From an uncultured virus (IMG/VR IMGVR_UViG_2568526301_000001) (Duplodnaviria; Heunggongvirae; Uroviricota; Caudoviricetes): 64,000 nucleotides of DNA. Of this stretch, positions 22,484-33,653 are shown in pieces (the stretch's first letter is position 1; each line of letters begins with the position of its first letter). The stretch lies in IMG/VR virus record IMGVR_UViG_2568526301_000001; one strand, 5' to 3'. The position numbers were made by a program, and so were the translations under genes. The notes below the pieces were generated by a model that worked only from the letters and a program-made list of their open reading frames with translations, had not been told where the DNA came from and ran no database searches.

Positions 22484-24528
22484 GGCACTGTTGCAAATAG
22501 TCGGTGGTGATAAACTTATCATCCCCTTTTGCTGATGGAGCTGCACATGAACCCATTCAAAGGCCGGCATTTTCAGCGTGACATCATTCTGTGGGCCGTA
22601 CGCTGGTACTGCAAATACGGCATCAGTTACCGTGAGCTGCAGGAGATGCTGGCTGAACGCGGAGTGAATGTCGATCACTCCACGATTTACCGCTGGGTTC
22701 AGCGTTATGCGCCTGAAATGGAAAAACGGCTGCGCTGGTACTGGCGTAACCCTTCCGATCTTTGCCCGTGGCACATGGATGAAACCTACGTGAAGGTCAA
22801 TGGCCGCTGGGCGTATCTGTACCGGGCCGTCGACAGCCGGGGCCGCACTGTCGATTTTTATCTCTCCTCCCGTCGTAACAGCAAAGCTGCATACCGGTTT
22901 CTGGGTAAAATCCTCAACAACGTGAAGAAGTGGCAGATCCCGCGATTCATCAACACGGATAAAGCGCCCGCCTATGGTCGCGCGCTTGCTCTGCTCAAAC
23001 GCGAAGGCCGGTGCCCGTCTGACGTTGAACACCGACAGATTAAGTACCGGAACAACGTGATTGAATGCGATCATGGCAAACTGAAACGGATAATCGGCGC
23101 CACGCTGGGATTTAAATCCATGAAGACGGCTTACGCCACCATCAAAGGTATTGAGGTGATGCGTGCACTACGCAAAGGCCAGGCCTCAGCATTTTATTAT
23201 GGTGATCCCCTGGGCGAAATGCGCCTGGTAAGCAGAGTTTTTGAAATGTAAGGCCTTTGAATAAGACAAAACGCTGCTGACCTGCTCCCCGTTGATTAGT
23301 ACACCCCGATGTTAGTAATGTCTTCATAAGCCACATGAGGACATCCCCATGAAGAAGCGTTTTTCCGACGAACAGATCATCTGTATTCTCCGCGAAGCCG
23401 AAGCTGGGGTACCCGCCCGTGAACTCTGCCGCAAGCATGCCATTTCCGATGCCACGTTTTACACCTGGCGTAAGAAGTATGGCGGTATGGAGGTGCCTGA
23501 AGTTAAGCGCCTGAAGTCGCTTGAGGAAGAGAACGCCAGACTCAAGAAGCTGCTTGCCGAAGCCATGCTGGATAAAGAGGCGCTTCAGGTGGCTCTTGGG
23601 CGAAAGTACTGACGACAGACCAGAAGCGGGAAGCCGTGATGCTGATGTGTGATGCGACCGGTCTGTCGCAACGTCGTGCCTGCAGGCTTACAGGTTTATC
23701 CCTGTCGACCTGCCGCTATGAGGCTCACCGTCCGGCTGCTGATGCGCATTTATCAGGGCGCATCACTGAGCTGGCACTGGAGCGCAGGCGTTTTGGCTAC
23801 CGTCGTATTTGGCAGTTGCTGCGCCGTGAAGGGCTTCATGTTAATCATAAGCGCGTGTACCGGCTTTATCACCTCAGTGGCCTGGGCGTAAAACGCAGAA
23901 GACGTCGTAAAGGGCTGGCAACAGAACGTCTGCCGCTGCTCCGTCCGGCGGCGCCCAATCTGACCTGGTCGATGGATTTCGTCATGGACGCACTTTCCAC
24001 CGGTCGCAGGATCAAGTGTCTTACCTGCGTCGATGATTTCACAAAGGAATGCCTGACGGTCACTGTTGCCTTTGGGATTTCAGGCGTTCAGGTCTCGCGT
24101 ATTCTGGACAGCATTGCACTGTTTCGAGGCTATCCGGCGACGATAAGAACTGACCAGGGGCCGGAGTTCACTTGCCGTGCACTGGATCAATGGGCCTTTG
24201 AGCATGGTGTTGAGTTGCGCTTAATCCAGCCGGGCAAGCCAACGCAGAACGGATTTATTGAGAGCTTTAACGGACGATTTCGCGATGAATGCCTGAATGA
24301 GCACTGGTTCAGCAATATCGTTCACGCAAGGAAAATCATTAATGACTGGCGGCAGGATTATAACGAGTGTCGTCCACATTCAGCACTGAATTATCAGACG
24401 CCATCAGAGTTTGCAGCACGGTGGCGAAATGGAAAATGTGAAGGTAAACAAACCGACCTTACTAACTGACGGTTGTATCTAACTCTGGGGGCAGGTCACT
24501 GCCTCATCGCTAACTTTGCAACAGTGCC
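22484..24528 (+). mobile_element. tnp26: IS26 interrupted near its right end by an IS3-family element
   Basis: 2045 bp = 820 + 1221 insert + 4 duplication; transposase ORF (22529-23251) intact. Confidence 0.95.
23278..24498 (+). mobile_element. IS3-family element (IS407 group, ISSen4-like), 1221 bp
   Basis: IRs TGACCTGCTCCCC / GGGGGCAGGTCA; OrfA 23349-23612, DDE OrfB to 24469; 4-bp duplication CTGC. Confidence 0.9.
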
Positions 24529-25154
24529 AAAATTTTTCTGTGGTCCTTGAGCGAACGGTACGGGAACTGAACGGGGAAAGCTGCCTTTCGCTTGAGGAAG
24601 CCCCTCCGACGAAACAGCAAATTGTCTGCAGCCGCAGTTTTGGCGTGAAGATCACGGAGTACGAGTCACTCCGTCAGGCTATCTGTCAGCACGCAGAGCG
24701 GGCCTCTGAAAAACTGCGTAAAGAGCACCAGTATTGCCGGCATATTTCCGTTTTCATCAAAACGTCTCCGTTCGCCATTAAAGAGCCTTACTACGGCAAC
24801 GTGGCTACGGAAAAACTGCTTACACCCACTCAGGACACCAGGGACATCATTGCAGCCGCCACAACGGCTCTGGAGCGTATCTGGAGGGATGGGCACCGGT
24901 ATGCCAAAGCCGGAGTTATGCTGAATGACTTCACCGGCTCCGGCGTTTCGCAGCTGCAGCTGTTTGACGAACGCCCGCCACGCCCTCACAGTGCTGAGCT
25001 GATGAGGGTTCTGGACGGGATCAACAACTCAGGGCTGTGTAAAGTATGGTTTGCCGGTAGAGGAATTGCGCCATCCTGGCAAATGAAACGCGATATGCTC
25101 TCCCCTGCGTACACCACTCGCTGGAGAGATATCCCCGTTGCGAGGATCGGTTAA
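24529..25154 (+). pseudogene. umuC: UmuC/ImpB-like Y-family polymerase, C-terminal fragment
   Basis: KQQIVCSRSFG, YAKAGVML, WQMKRDMLSPAYTTRW; 5' part removed by IS26. Confidence 0.9.
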
Positions 25155-25170
25155 ATTTTGCCTTTCAGAG

Positions 25171-25236
25171 AGAGCCAGCAGTGCTCGCCGCAGCCGAACG
25201 ACAGGGCGAAGCCCGCGAGTGAGCGAGGAAGCACCA
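25171..25236 (+). other. ssi/pas-like single-strand initiation site
   Basis: Homologous to 12002-12066; adjacent to the second origin. Confidence 0.6.
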
Positions 25237-25296
25237 GGGGAGCTGAAGCCTTTTAAAGCACCTTACGCACTTAAGTTCTATAGATTCCATAATGAG

Positions 25297-25512
25297 TTAT
25301 CCACATATCCTTTGAGTAGATCCAATAACTTACCCTTAGTTATCCAAATAGATCCAAACTGATCCCTTTAGCGGCAAAACCTTTGTTTACGGGCTTCGTA
25401 GCGATTTCAGGTGTGTCGTAGTGGGAAAAAGGTGTTCTGAAGCGGGAAAAAGGTGTGTCAAAACGGGGTAAGGGTGGGTAGAATCGGGAAGAAAGGTGTG
25501 TCGAAACGGGAA
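25297..25512 (+). promoter_or_regulatory. P1-like replication origin: DnaA box, GATC heptamers, five iterons
   Basis: TTATCCACA 25297-25305; AGATCCA repeats; five AGGTGTGTCGnAnnGGGA-like repeats at 21-22 bp spacing 25409-25511. Confidence 0.85.
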
Positions 25513-25547
25513 ATAGTTAATATTTAGGCACATATCGATCATATGCT

Positions 25548-26441
25548 ATGAATGGATATAACTATATGAATGAGAATGTTTATATCGGCGAGGTTATAGG
25601 TCCAGATTGTGAAAGTGTTAACAATAAACTCACCGTCACAAGTAAGGCCACAGTTCAGCCTGTAGCCCTGATGAGATTAAATGTTTTTGTTCCTTCAAGC
25701 AGGCCTGCAAAGGGCACCAGAACATCAATCGATGCGACCTCTGTTCTCAAGGATCTGGAATTCTCAAGGCGGGAGGGGTACGACGATATTCGTATAACCG
25801 GTGAACGGTTGAGTATGGCCATCGACTTCAAGGTATGGGTCGGTATCATAGAAGCTTTCAGTAAGTACGGTTTAAAAACCAACAGCATTAAGCTTACTTT
25901 TCATGAGTTTGCTGGAATGTGCCGCTTTGAGTCTAAGAGATTCGATTCCCGTCTTAGAAAAAGTATTTCAGAAGCTTTGACCAGGATACGTGGCAAGACC
26001 ATTACCTTTACCCGTAGCGACTCAGAGGGCCTTCAAAAAGTTTCCGTAACAGGTTTGCTTAAGACAGGTGAACTGGATTTTGCAAACGACCAGGTGGAAC
26101 TTGAAGCTGATCAGCGACTATGGGAACTCTACCAAACTGATTACACTGTTCTGCTACGACATAAACCGATAAACGCTTTAACCCGAAAGGAAGCAGCTCA
26201 GGCCCTGTATACTTTCATCGAAAGCCTGCCTACGAACCCAGTCCCCATATCTTTCAAACGAATACGAGACAGGCTCTCATTGCTCTCTCCGGTAAAGGAA
26301 CAGAACCGTATCATTAAACTGGCCCTCAAGCAGTTGCAGGATATTGGGTACCTTGACCACAGCATCACCAAAAAAGGTAAAGAGACTTTCATTCTGATCC
26401 ACCGTCGCTCAGCAAATCTGAAACCAGGAACAGCTGTATAA
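25548..26441 (+). CDS. repA: Replication initiator, P1 RepA / IncFIB-family
   Basis: TVQPVALMRLNVFVP, EGYDDIRITGERLSMAIDFKVWVGI, AQALYTFIESLP motifs. Confidence 0.9.
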   Translation: MNGYNYMNENVYIGEVIGPDCESVNNKLTVTSKATVQPVALMRLNVFVPSSRPAKGTRTSIDATSVLKDLEFSRREGYDDIRITGERLSMAIDFKVWVGIIEAFSKYGLKTNSIKLTFHEFAGMCRFESKRFDSRLRKSISEALTRIRGKTITFTRSDSEGLQKVSVTGLLKTGELDFANDQVELEADQRLWELYQTDYTVLLRHKPINALTRKEAAQALYTFIESLPTNPVPISFKRIRDRLSLLSPVKEQNRIIKLALKQLQDIGYLDHSITKKGKETFILIHRRSANLKPGTAV

Positions 26442-26755
26442 GGTGTGTCAAAACGGGAAAGCAACGCGATTAAGGTGTGTTGAAACGGGAGGTCTCTTCT
26501 TAAACATCTTGATAGGTGTGTTGTAGGGGGAAGCCTCGCCTTAAACGTCTTAATAGGTGTGTTGTAGCGGGATGAGAACCTGTTAAATGTGTGTTTTTAT
26601 CTGTATATACTTACGCACCTTCCCACTTCAACACACCTTTTTGGATAGAAGTGAGAAGCTATCCCGCTTCTCACCACCTTTTACCAAATTTGTCTCACCG
26701 ACTCCCCACTTCGACACACCGAAGATTCAAAGGCTTCCCACTACGCCCCACTTTT
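26441..26755. repeat. Copy-control iteron cluster (four direct then four inverted)
   Basis: Same ~18-bp motif as the origin iterons at ~32-42 bp spacing. Confidence 0.85.
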
Positions 26756-26865
26756 TGCTTCACGCGGTCATAACTGGTTGATACTACCCTCCCTAAAGGT
26801 AGCCTGGAGTTGAAAGCCGCATTATGTGGTTCTATGGGGATTTCGGATAAAGGCACCACTTTGCC

Positions 26866-26905
26866 ATCTTGTTATCCTGTTATCTTGTTATCTTGTTATA
26901 TTGTT
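26866..26905 (+). repeat. Centromere-like octamer array upstream of parA
   Basis: Five tandem ATCTTGTT-like units. Confidence 0.7.
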
Positions 26906-27062
26906 ATCCTAACATCTTACTAATTTGTTAAGATTCAAAGATAATTCAATTATAAATCATGTAGTTAACAACTTAACAAGATATTAACTTAATAAAGGCA
27001 TTGCAATATTGTCGCCTGTTTGGCAATATTAAGTTGTTAACTTAACAACTTAATATGAGGCT

Positions 27063-27692
27063 ATGATGATAATAGTATTGGGTAGTCAAAAGGGTGGGGT
27101 TGGTAAAAGTACACTGGCGGTATCTATAGCTGCGTATCTGATGTCACTGGGCAATAGAGTGATCATTGTCGACGCAGATGACCAGAAATCTGTATTGACC
27201 TGGTACAACAATCGTCCTGAAGATCTTCCCCATATTCCGGTTACTGGCGCAACAGGCAACATCAAAGCCATGCTAAAGGAACACGAGAAATCTTATGACT
27301 TTGTCATCGCAGACTGTGCTGGCCGCGACAGTGCAGAAATGCGTAGTGGGTTGATGGCCGCTGACGTATTCATTTCTCCGTTGCGGCCTTCTCAGATGGA
27401 CCTGGATGTAGTGCCTCATACATGCTCTGTTTTTACAGCAGCAAAAGATTTTAATGAGGACGTCCGGGGATATCTCGTTTTAAACATGACGCCCACGAAC
27501 ATGTTTGTCAATGAAGCAAATCAGGCAGCTGACGTACTCAAGGATTATCCTGAAATGTGTCTGGCTAGCTCCCGAGTTTGTGATCGAAAAGCGCATCGAG
27601 ATGCCTGGGCAGAATCAATGACAATTTTTGAAACGCAAAATGACAAAGCACAACAAGAAATCGAATCGTTAGTTAAAGAGGTTATTCTGTGA
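27063..27692 (+). CDS. parA: ParA/ParF type Ib partition ATPase
   Basis: Deviant Walker A KGGVGKS, 209 aa, no N-terminal HTH. Confidence 0.92.
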   Translation: MMIIVLGSQKGGVGKSTLAVSIAAYLMSLGNRVIIVDADDQKSVLTWYNNRPEDLPHIPVTGATGNIKAMLKEHEKSYDFVIADCAGRDSAEMRSGLMAADVFISPLRPSQMDLDVVPHTCSVFTAAKDFNEDVRGYLVLNMTPTNMFVNEANQAADVLKDYPEMCLASSRVCDRKAHRDAWAESMTIFETQNDKAQQEIESLVKEVIL

Positions 27693-27991
27693 GAAATAGA
27701 GCAAATACTCCATCTCGTGATGAGGCAGCGTTTATTAACGGTGGTACTGCTGGTATTGATAATACCAAAGTGACTTCAGAGAGACCATTGGCTGTAAGTA
27801 AAGCAAAACCAGTGAGCATTTCCTTTTTTGAAGAAAACTTAAAAGACATTGATGATCTTATAACGGGTGAAATGATTTCAGGTAAAAGCAGAGTGAATCG
27901 TTCTGACGTAGTCAGGGCAGCGGTAGAGGCACTAAAAAGTTTATCAAAAACAGAGATATCCAGATTAATCGCAGAAGCGAAACAACGATAA
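27689..27991 (+). CDS. Small centromere-binding partition protein (RHH-like)
   Basis: GTGA overlap with parA; VSISF ... NRSDVVRAAV pattern. Confidence 0.75.
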   Translation: MRNRANTPSRDEAAFINGGTAGIDNTKVTSERPLAVSKAKPVSISFFEENLKDIDDLITGEMISGKSRVNRSDVVRAAVEALKSLSKTEISRLIAEAKQR

Positions 27992-27992
27992 C

Positions 27993-28048
27993 ATCTTGTT
28001 ATCTTGTTATCTTGTTATCTTGTTATCTTGTTATCTTGTTATCTTGTT
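27993..28048 (+). repeat. Perfect octamer tandem array, likely centromere
   Basis: ATCTTGTT x7 directly after the par operon. Confidence 0.85.
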
Positions 28049-28138
28049 CAGGGTGGTAACACCTTTTATATCGAGGCAACAACTTCGCGATAGTGAAAAT
28101 TTGCGGATGGCCTCAGTCCTATACATAAGGGGATATAC

Positions 28139-28336
28139 ATGAATTCAAATACTACAATCGCCTTACATTTTTCGCTTGCATTACTATTTACGTTGCTATC
28201 AGTGGCTGGTAGCAACCATGATTTAGCAGGAGTTGTATCTCAATTATTCCTTATTTTCATGGCTGCATTTTTTTTCTTTAGGGCAATGAGGGCCTTTCTG
28301 AACATCATTAATGTGATTGATAGCTGTAAAAGGTGA
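28139..28336 (+). CDS. Small two-TM membrane protein (65 aa)
   Basis: AAGGGG RBS, two hydrophobic stretches. Confidence 0.55.
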   Translation: MNSNTTIALHFSLALLFTLLSVAGSNHDLAGVVSQLFLIFMAAFFFFRAMRAFLNIINVIDSCKR

Positions 28337-28584
28337 GGCAGGATAAGCCCCCATTAAGCTTGGACTGTTTCCCACACAAGAACTACTTTAGGTTGAAACC
28401 TGGGGTATTACCCATAGTTGACCTATGTAGATTGGTCTGGGGCTTGAAGTGGTTTACTGAATTTGGCCACCTGAACAGAGGTGATATGCTCACCTCAGAA
28501 CAACACAGGTGTCATAATGAAAAAAAGAAATTTCAGCGCAGAGTTTAAACGCGAATCCGCTCAACTGGTCGTTGACCAGAACTA

Positions 28585-28938
<354 letters not shown>

Positions 28939-29206
28939 TTACGCAGTCAGGTACTTGAACTGCATGGCATCAGCCACGGCTCTGCCGGAGCAAGAAGCAT
29001 CGCCACAATGGCAACCCGGAGAGGTTACCAGATGGGGCGCTGGCTTGCTGGCAGACTCATGAAAGAGCTGGGGCTGGTCAGTTGCCAGCAGCCGACTCAC
29101 CGGTATAAGCGTGGCGGTCATGAGCACGTTGCTATCCCGAATCATCTTGAGCGACAGTTCGCCGTAACGGAACCAAATCAGGTGTGGTGCGGTGATGTGA
29201 CCTATA

Positions 29207-31476
29207 GTGTGCCCGGAGTTCAGGGCGGGCATGGATGCTTAAATGAACCGCGAGTCTGTCTGGAATATTGAACCGGTAACTCACGATGAGAAACCCAACA
29301 ATCCCACCGGGTGTGACGGTGGAGAACCTGAGCGGCAGTGACCTGCGGCATGCCCGCAGGGTGATGTAACCCGCTGACAACGGGGATTGAGGCGAGATCA
29401 CTAAGCCGAGATGATCCTCAAGGTTAAGTACTGAAAGGCTGAAGAACATGAACCCGTTAATCCGCCTCTGTGGGTTGAAAACGTCACCACGGCCTACGTG
29501 ATCTGACAGGCCGTGCAGGAGGAACTGGCAGTGATACGTAAGCACTGCCGGTCGAAGGTGTTTTGACATGTATGCGAAACACCGGGGCAGCAGCGTCTAT
29601 CACGCTTGCGTTGCTGACTTCTGCCAACTTGCGGCAAGCAAGGATAAAGAGTGCGACGGGCAGCCTCCTCAGTATGCCTGAGTCCAGGCAGGTAAACCGG
29701 GGAAGGTCAGCGACGGATGTTAAGGGGGCATGGCTCCGATGACGCGCTGGCTGGCGGAGCTTCCGTAGTAGTCCGCGATGGGGAAAGCCCATTACATGGC
29801 GAAGGGAAGCAGTTTGAATGTGTTTGCGACGTGAATTAACTGACCTAACGAGGTGAAGACCTTTGATAATCAGCGAAATGCAACGCAAGCTTGCCACATG
29901 GGCAGCCACCGATCCGTCCCTACGGATTCAACGGCTGCTGCGTCTGATAACACAACCAGAATGGCTGGCTGAAGCGGCGCGGATCACGCTTTCATCAAAG
30001 GGGGCCCATACCCCCGGCGTTGATGGCGTGAACAAAACAATGCTACAGGCCAGACTGGCTGTTGAGCTGCAAATCCTCAGGGATGAATTACTCTCAGGCC
30101 ACTACCAGCCCTTGCCCGCCAGACGGGTTTACATCCCTAAAAGCAACGGCAAACTGCGACCACTGGGTATCCCCGCGTTGCGGGATCGTATTGTTCAGCG
30201 GGCCATGCTGATGGCGATGGAGCCGATATGGGAGAGTGATTTTCATACGCTCTCATATGGCTTCCGGCCTGAGCGCAGTGTCCACCACGCGATCCGCACG
30301 GTGAAATTACAGCTCACAGACTGTGGTGAAACCCGGGGACGCTGGGTGATTGAAGGCGACCTGTCCAGTTACTTCGACACCGTACATCATCGACTGCTGA
30401 TGAAGGCTGTACGCCGCAGGATCAGTGACGCACGTTTCATGACTCTGCTGTGGAAAACCATCAAGGCGGGACATATCGATGTCGGTCTCTTTCGGGCGGC
30501 CAGTGAAGGTGTACCACAGGGCGGTGTTATATCGCCGCTATTATCGAACATCATGCTGAATGAGTTCGATCAATACCTGCATGAGCGCTACCTGAGCGGG
30601 AAAGCCAGAAAAGATCGGTGGTACTGGAATAACAGTATCCAACGGGGCCGAAGTACGGCGGTCAGAGAAAACTGGCAGTGGAAACCCGCGGTGGCGTACT
30701 GCCGCTATGCCGATGATTTTGTCCTCATCGTCAAAGGCACCAAAGCACAGGCGGAAGCCATCAGGGAGGAGTGTCGGGGTGTGCTCGAAGGCAGTCTGAA
30801 ACTCAGGCTGAACATGGATAAGACTAAAATCACCCATGTTAATGACGGCTTTATCTTTCTGGGGCACAGGATCATTCGCAAACGCAGTCGTTATGGCGAG
30901 ATGCGAGTGGTCTCAACGATCCCGCAGGAGAAAGCCAGAAACTTCGCCGCATCGCTGACAGCACTGTTATCAGGCAACTACAGTGAAAGCAAAGTCGATA
31001 TGGCTGAACAACTCAACCGAAAACTGAAAGGCTGGGCCATGTTCTATCAGTTCGTTGATTTTAAGGCCAAAGTCTTCAGTTATATCGACCGTGTCGTGTT
31101 CTGGAAGCTGGCTCACTGGCTGGCCCGCAAATACCGTACAGGTATCGCTTCCCTGATGAGGTGGTGGTGTAAATCACCGAAACCGGGTCAGAGCAAAACG
31201 TGGGTTTTATTTGGTAAAACCAATCACGGCAAGCTCAGCGGCGAAATACTGTACCGGTTGGTGGGGCAAGGCAAGAAGCTGTTCCGCTGGCGGCTACCCG
31301 AAGGTAATCCCTATCTGAGGACGGAGACCAGAAACACGTATACATCGCGCTTTACAGAAGTGGCAATGGCGTTCGCCAGCATTTAAATGGAGAGCCGGAT
31401 GCGCTGAAAGGTGCACGTCCGGTTCGGGGAGGAGAGGCAGGGAAATAGTCCGACTACGCCCTGCCTCTTACTCTAC
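29207..31476 (+). mobile_element. Group II intron, 2270 nt (E.c.I4/S.f.I1-like)
   Basis: 5' GTGTG, 3' AC, domain V ~31390-31428; removal restores GDVTY-IWTGKRW of OrfB. Confidence 0.92.
29863..31386 (+). CDS. ltrA: Group II intron reverse transcriptase/maturase
   Basis: RPLGIP, GVPQGG, YADD motifs; no C-terminal HNH domain seen. Confidence 0.95.
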   Translation: MIISEMQRKLATWAATDPSLRIQRLLRLITQPEWLAEAARITLSSKGAHTPGVDGVNKTMLQARLAVELQILRDELLSGHYQPLPARRVYIPKSNGKLRPLGIPALRDRIVQRAMLMAMEPIWESDFHTLSYGFRPERSVHHAIRTVKLQLTDCGETRGRWVIEGDLSSYFDTVHHRLLMKAVRRRISDARFMTLLWKTIKAGHIDVGLFRAASEGVPQGGVISPLLSNIMLNEFDQYLHERYLSGKARKDRWYWNNSIQRGRSTAVRENWQWKPAVAYCRYADDFVLIVKGTKAQAEAIREECRGVLEGSLKLRLNMDKTKITHVNDGFIFLGHRIIRKRSRYGEMRVVSTIPQEKARNFAASLTALLSGNYSESKVDMAEQLNRKLKGWAMFYQFVDFKAKVFSYIDRVVFWKLAHWLARKYRTGIASLMRWWCKSPKPGQSKTWVLFGKTNHGKLSGEILYRLVGQGKKLFRWRLPEGNPYLRTETRNTYTSRFTEVAMAFASI

Positions 31477-31699
31477 TCTGGACGGGTAAGCGCTGGGCGT
31501 ACCTCGCCGTTGTTCTCGACCTGTTCGCAAGAAAACCAGTGGGCTGGGCCATGTCGTTCTCGCCGGACAGCAGGCTCACCATGAAAGCACTGGAAATGGC
31601 ATGGGAAACCCGTGGTAAGCCAGTCGGGGTGATGTTCCACAGCGATAGTAATAATGCCGATGTCAGTCTTTACCACCACTTAGTTTGCCGTTTAACCAG

Positions 31700-31927
31700 A
31701 TTGGTGTGATTACTGATGCAGTGAAGACCTTCCCGCATCCTGACTCACACAGCGATCGACCTTTTGTGTCCTGCCCTGGACCCGTCGGTTGCCGGAAGCG
31801 CCTTCATGCGAGGCATCTCCTCACCGATGCGCGTGACTCAAGAAGGGCCTGACGGCTTGTCTCGTTACTGTCCTGTCCGGGTTATCTGTCTGGAGATTCA
31901 ACTCTGTTTCCTCACAGGAGCTCTGTC
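31700..31927 (+). ncRNA. Putative bridge/seek RNA in IS110 non-coding leader
   Basis: Contains matches to the target (CACAGCGATC, GCCTT) and to the IS ends (AGAAGGGCCT, TTACTG); ends approximate. Confidence 0.75.
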
Positions 31928-33004
31928 ATGGTTGATAAAGTTACCGAAGCTGCCGTTGTGGGTGGCGTGGATACACATAAAGATTTGCACGTTGCCGCTG
32001 TCGTAGATCAGAACAATAAAGTCCTTGGGACTCAGTATTTCTCCACAACACGACAAGGTTACCGGCAGATGCTGGCATGGATGACCTCGTTTGGGACATT
32101 AAAGCGAATTGGTGTTGAGTGCACAGGTACCTATGGTTCCGGTTTGCTTCGTTATTTTCAGAACGCCGGGTTAGAAGTTCTTGAGGTGACTGCTCCAGAC
32201 CGGATGGAGCGACGCAAACGGGGTAAAAGTGACACAATTGATGCTGAATGTGCCGCTCATGCAGCATTCTCAGGCATCAGGACAGTTACTCCCAAAACGC
32301 GTGATGGCATGATTGAGTCCCTGCGGGTATTAAAAACTTGCCGAAAAACAGCAATATCAGCCCGCAGAGTCGCTCTCCAGATTATCCATTCAAATATTAT
32401 CTCTGCCCCGGATGAATTACGTGAACAGCTCAGAAATATGACGCGCATGCAGCTCATCAGGACCCTGGGTTCCTGGAGACCTGATGCCAGTGAATACCGC
32501 AATGTAACCAACGTTTATCGCATTTCATTAAAGTCCCTTGCCCGACGCTATCTCGAGTTACATGACGAAATCGCTGATCTGGATGTCATGATTGCGGCAA
32601 TTGTCGACGAGTTGGCACCTGAGCTGATTAAACGTAATGCTATCGGATACGAAAGCGCTTCACAGTTGCTGATCACTGCCGGAGACAATCCTCAACGGTT
32701 AAGATCAGAATCAGGATTTGCGGCACTGTGTGGTGTCAGCCCGGTCCCCGTTTCTTCTGGAAAAACGAACCGTTACCGACTTAATCGTGGTGGAGATCGT
32801 GCTGCAAATAGTGCACTTCACATCATCGCCATCGGACGCTTACGAACTGACGCAAAAACAAAGGAATATGTCGCCAGGCGTGTAGCCGAAGGACATACAA
32901 AAATGGAAGCGATACGCTGTCTAAAGCGATATATCTCCCGCGAAGTTTACACGTTACTGCGCAATCAAAACAGGCGGATCAACAGTATCCCGATAACAGC
33001 TTGA
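31928..33004 (+). CDS. IS110-family DEDD transposase/recombinase
   Basis: GVDTHK, GVECTG, KSDTIDA, SSGK motifs. Confidence 0.95.
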   Translation: MVDKVTEAAVVGGVDTHKDLHVAAVVDQNNKVLGTQYFSTTRQGYRQMLAWMTSFGTLKRIGVECTGTYGSGLLRYFQNAGLEVLEVTAPDRMERRKRGKSDTIDAECAAHAAFSGIRTVTPKTRDGMIESLRVLKTCRKTAISARRVALQIIHSNIISAPDELREQLRNMTRMQLIRTLGSWRPDASEYRNVTNVYRISLKSLARRYLELHDEIADLDVMIAAIVDELAPELIKRNAIGYESASQLLITAGDNPQRLRSESGFAALCGVSPVPVSSGKTNRYRLNRGGDRAANSALHIIAIGRLRTDAKTKEYVARRVAEGHTKMEAIRCLKRYISREVYTLLRNQNRRINSIPITA

Positions 33005-33011
33005 CTCTTAG

Positions 33012-33326
<315 letters not shown>

Positions 33327-33337
33327 TGACCACTTCA

Positions 33338-33653
33338 GTTAACTTTTTTATCAACGCAACAGCTTCAGCTTCCGGCATGGCGAACTGCACACGATGGCGC
33401 GCCGCGACATCGAGCGCAAACACCTTCGTATAGACCTCCGTCGAGCTAATCGATTTGTGGCCCATCAGGCTCTGCAAAACCTTCAGTGGTATGCCGGCAT
33501 ACAGCATGTGCATCGCGTAGGAGTGACGGAACGTATGGGGGGTCACCGGTACTGAGAACGTCACCCCGTCGGCCGCTGCGGACTCCACCGCTTCGCTAAG
33601 CCAGGTGCGGACGGTACGGTCTGTGATCTCCCAGATGCGCGCCTTCTCCATTC
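33338..33653 (-). pseudogene. ResD-like tyrosine recombinase fragment
   Basis: TPHTFRHSYA, LMGH, TEVY; 5' end removed by IS26. Confidence 0.85.

Noticed and set aside
26441..26755. Regularly spaced ~18-bp repeats resembling a CRISPR array
   Set aside because: Repeats are degenerate, switch orientation, match the origin iterons of the adjacent rep gene, and no cas genes are present
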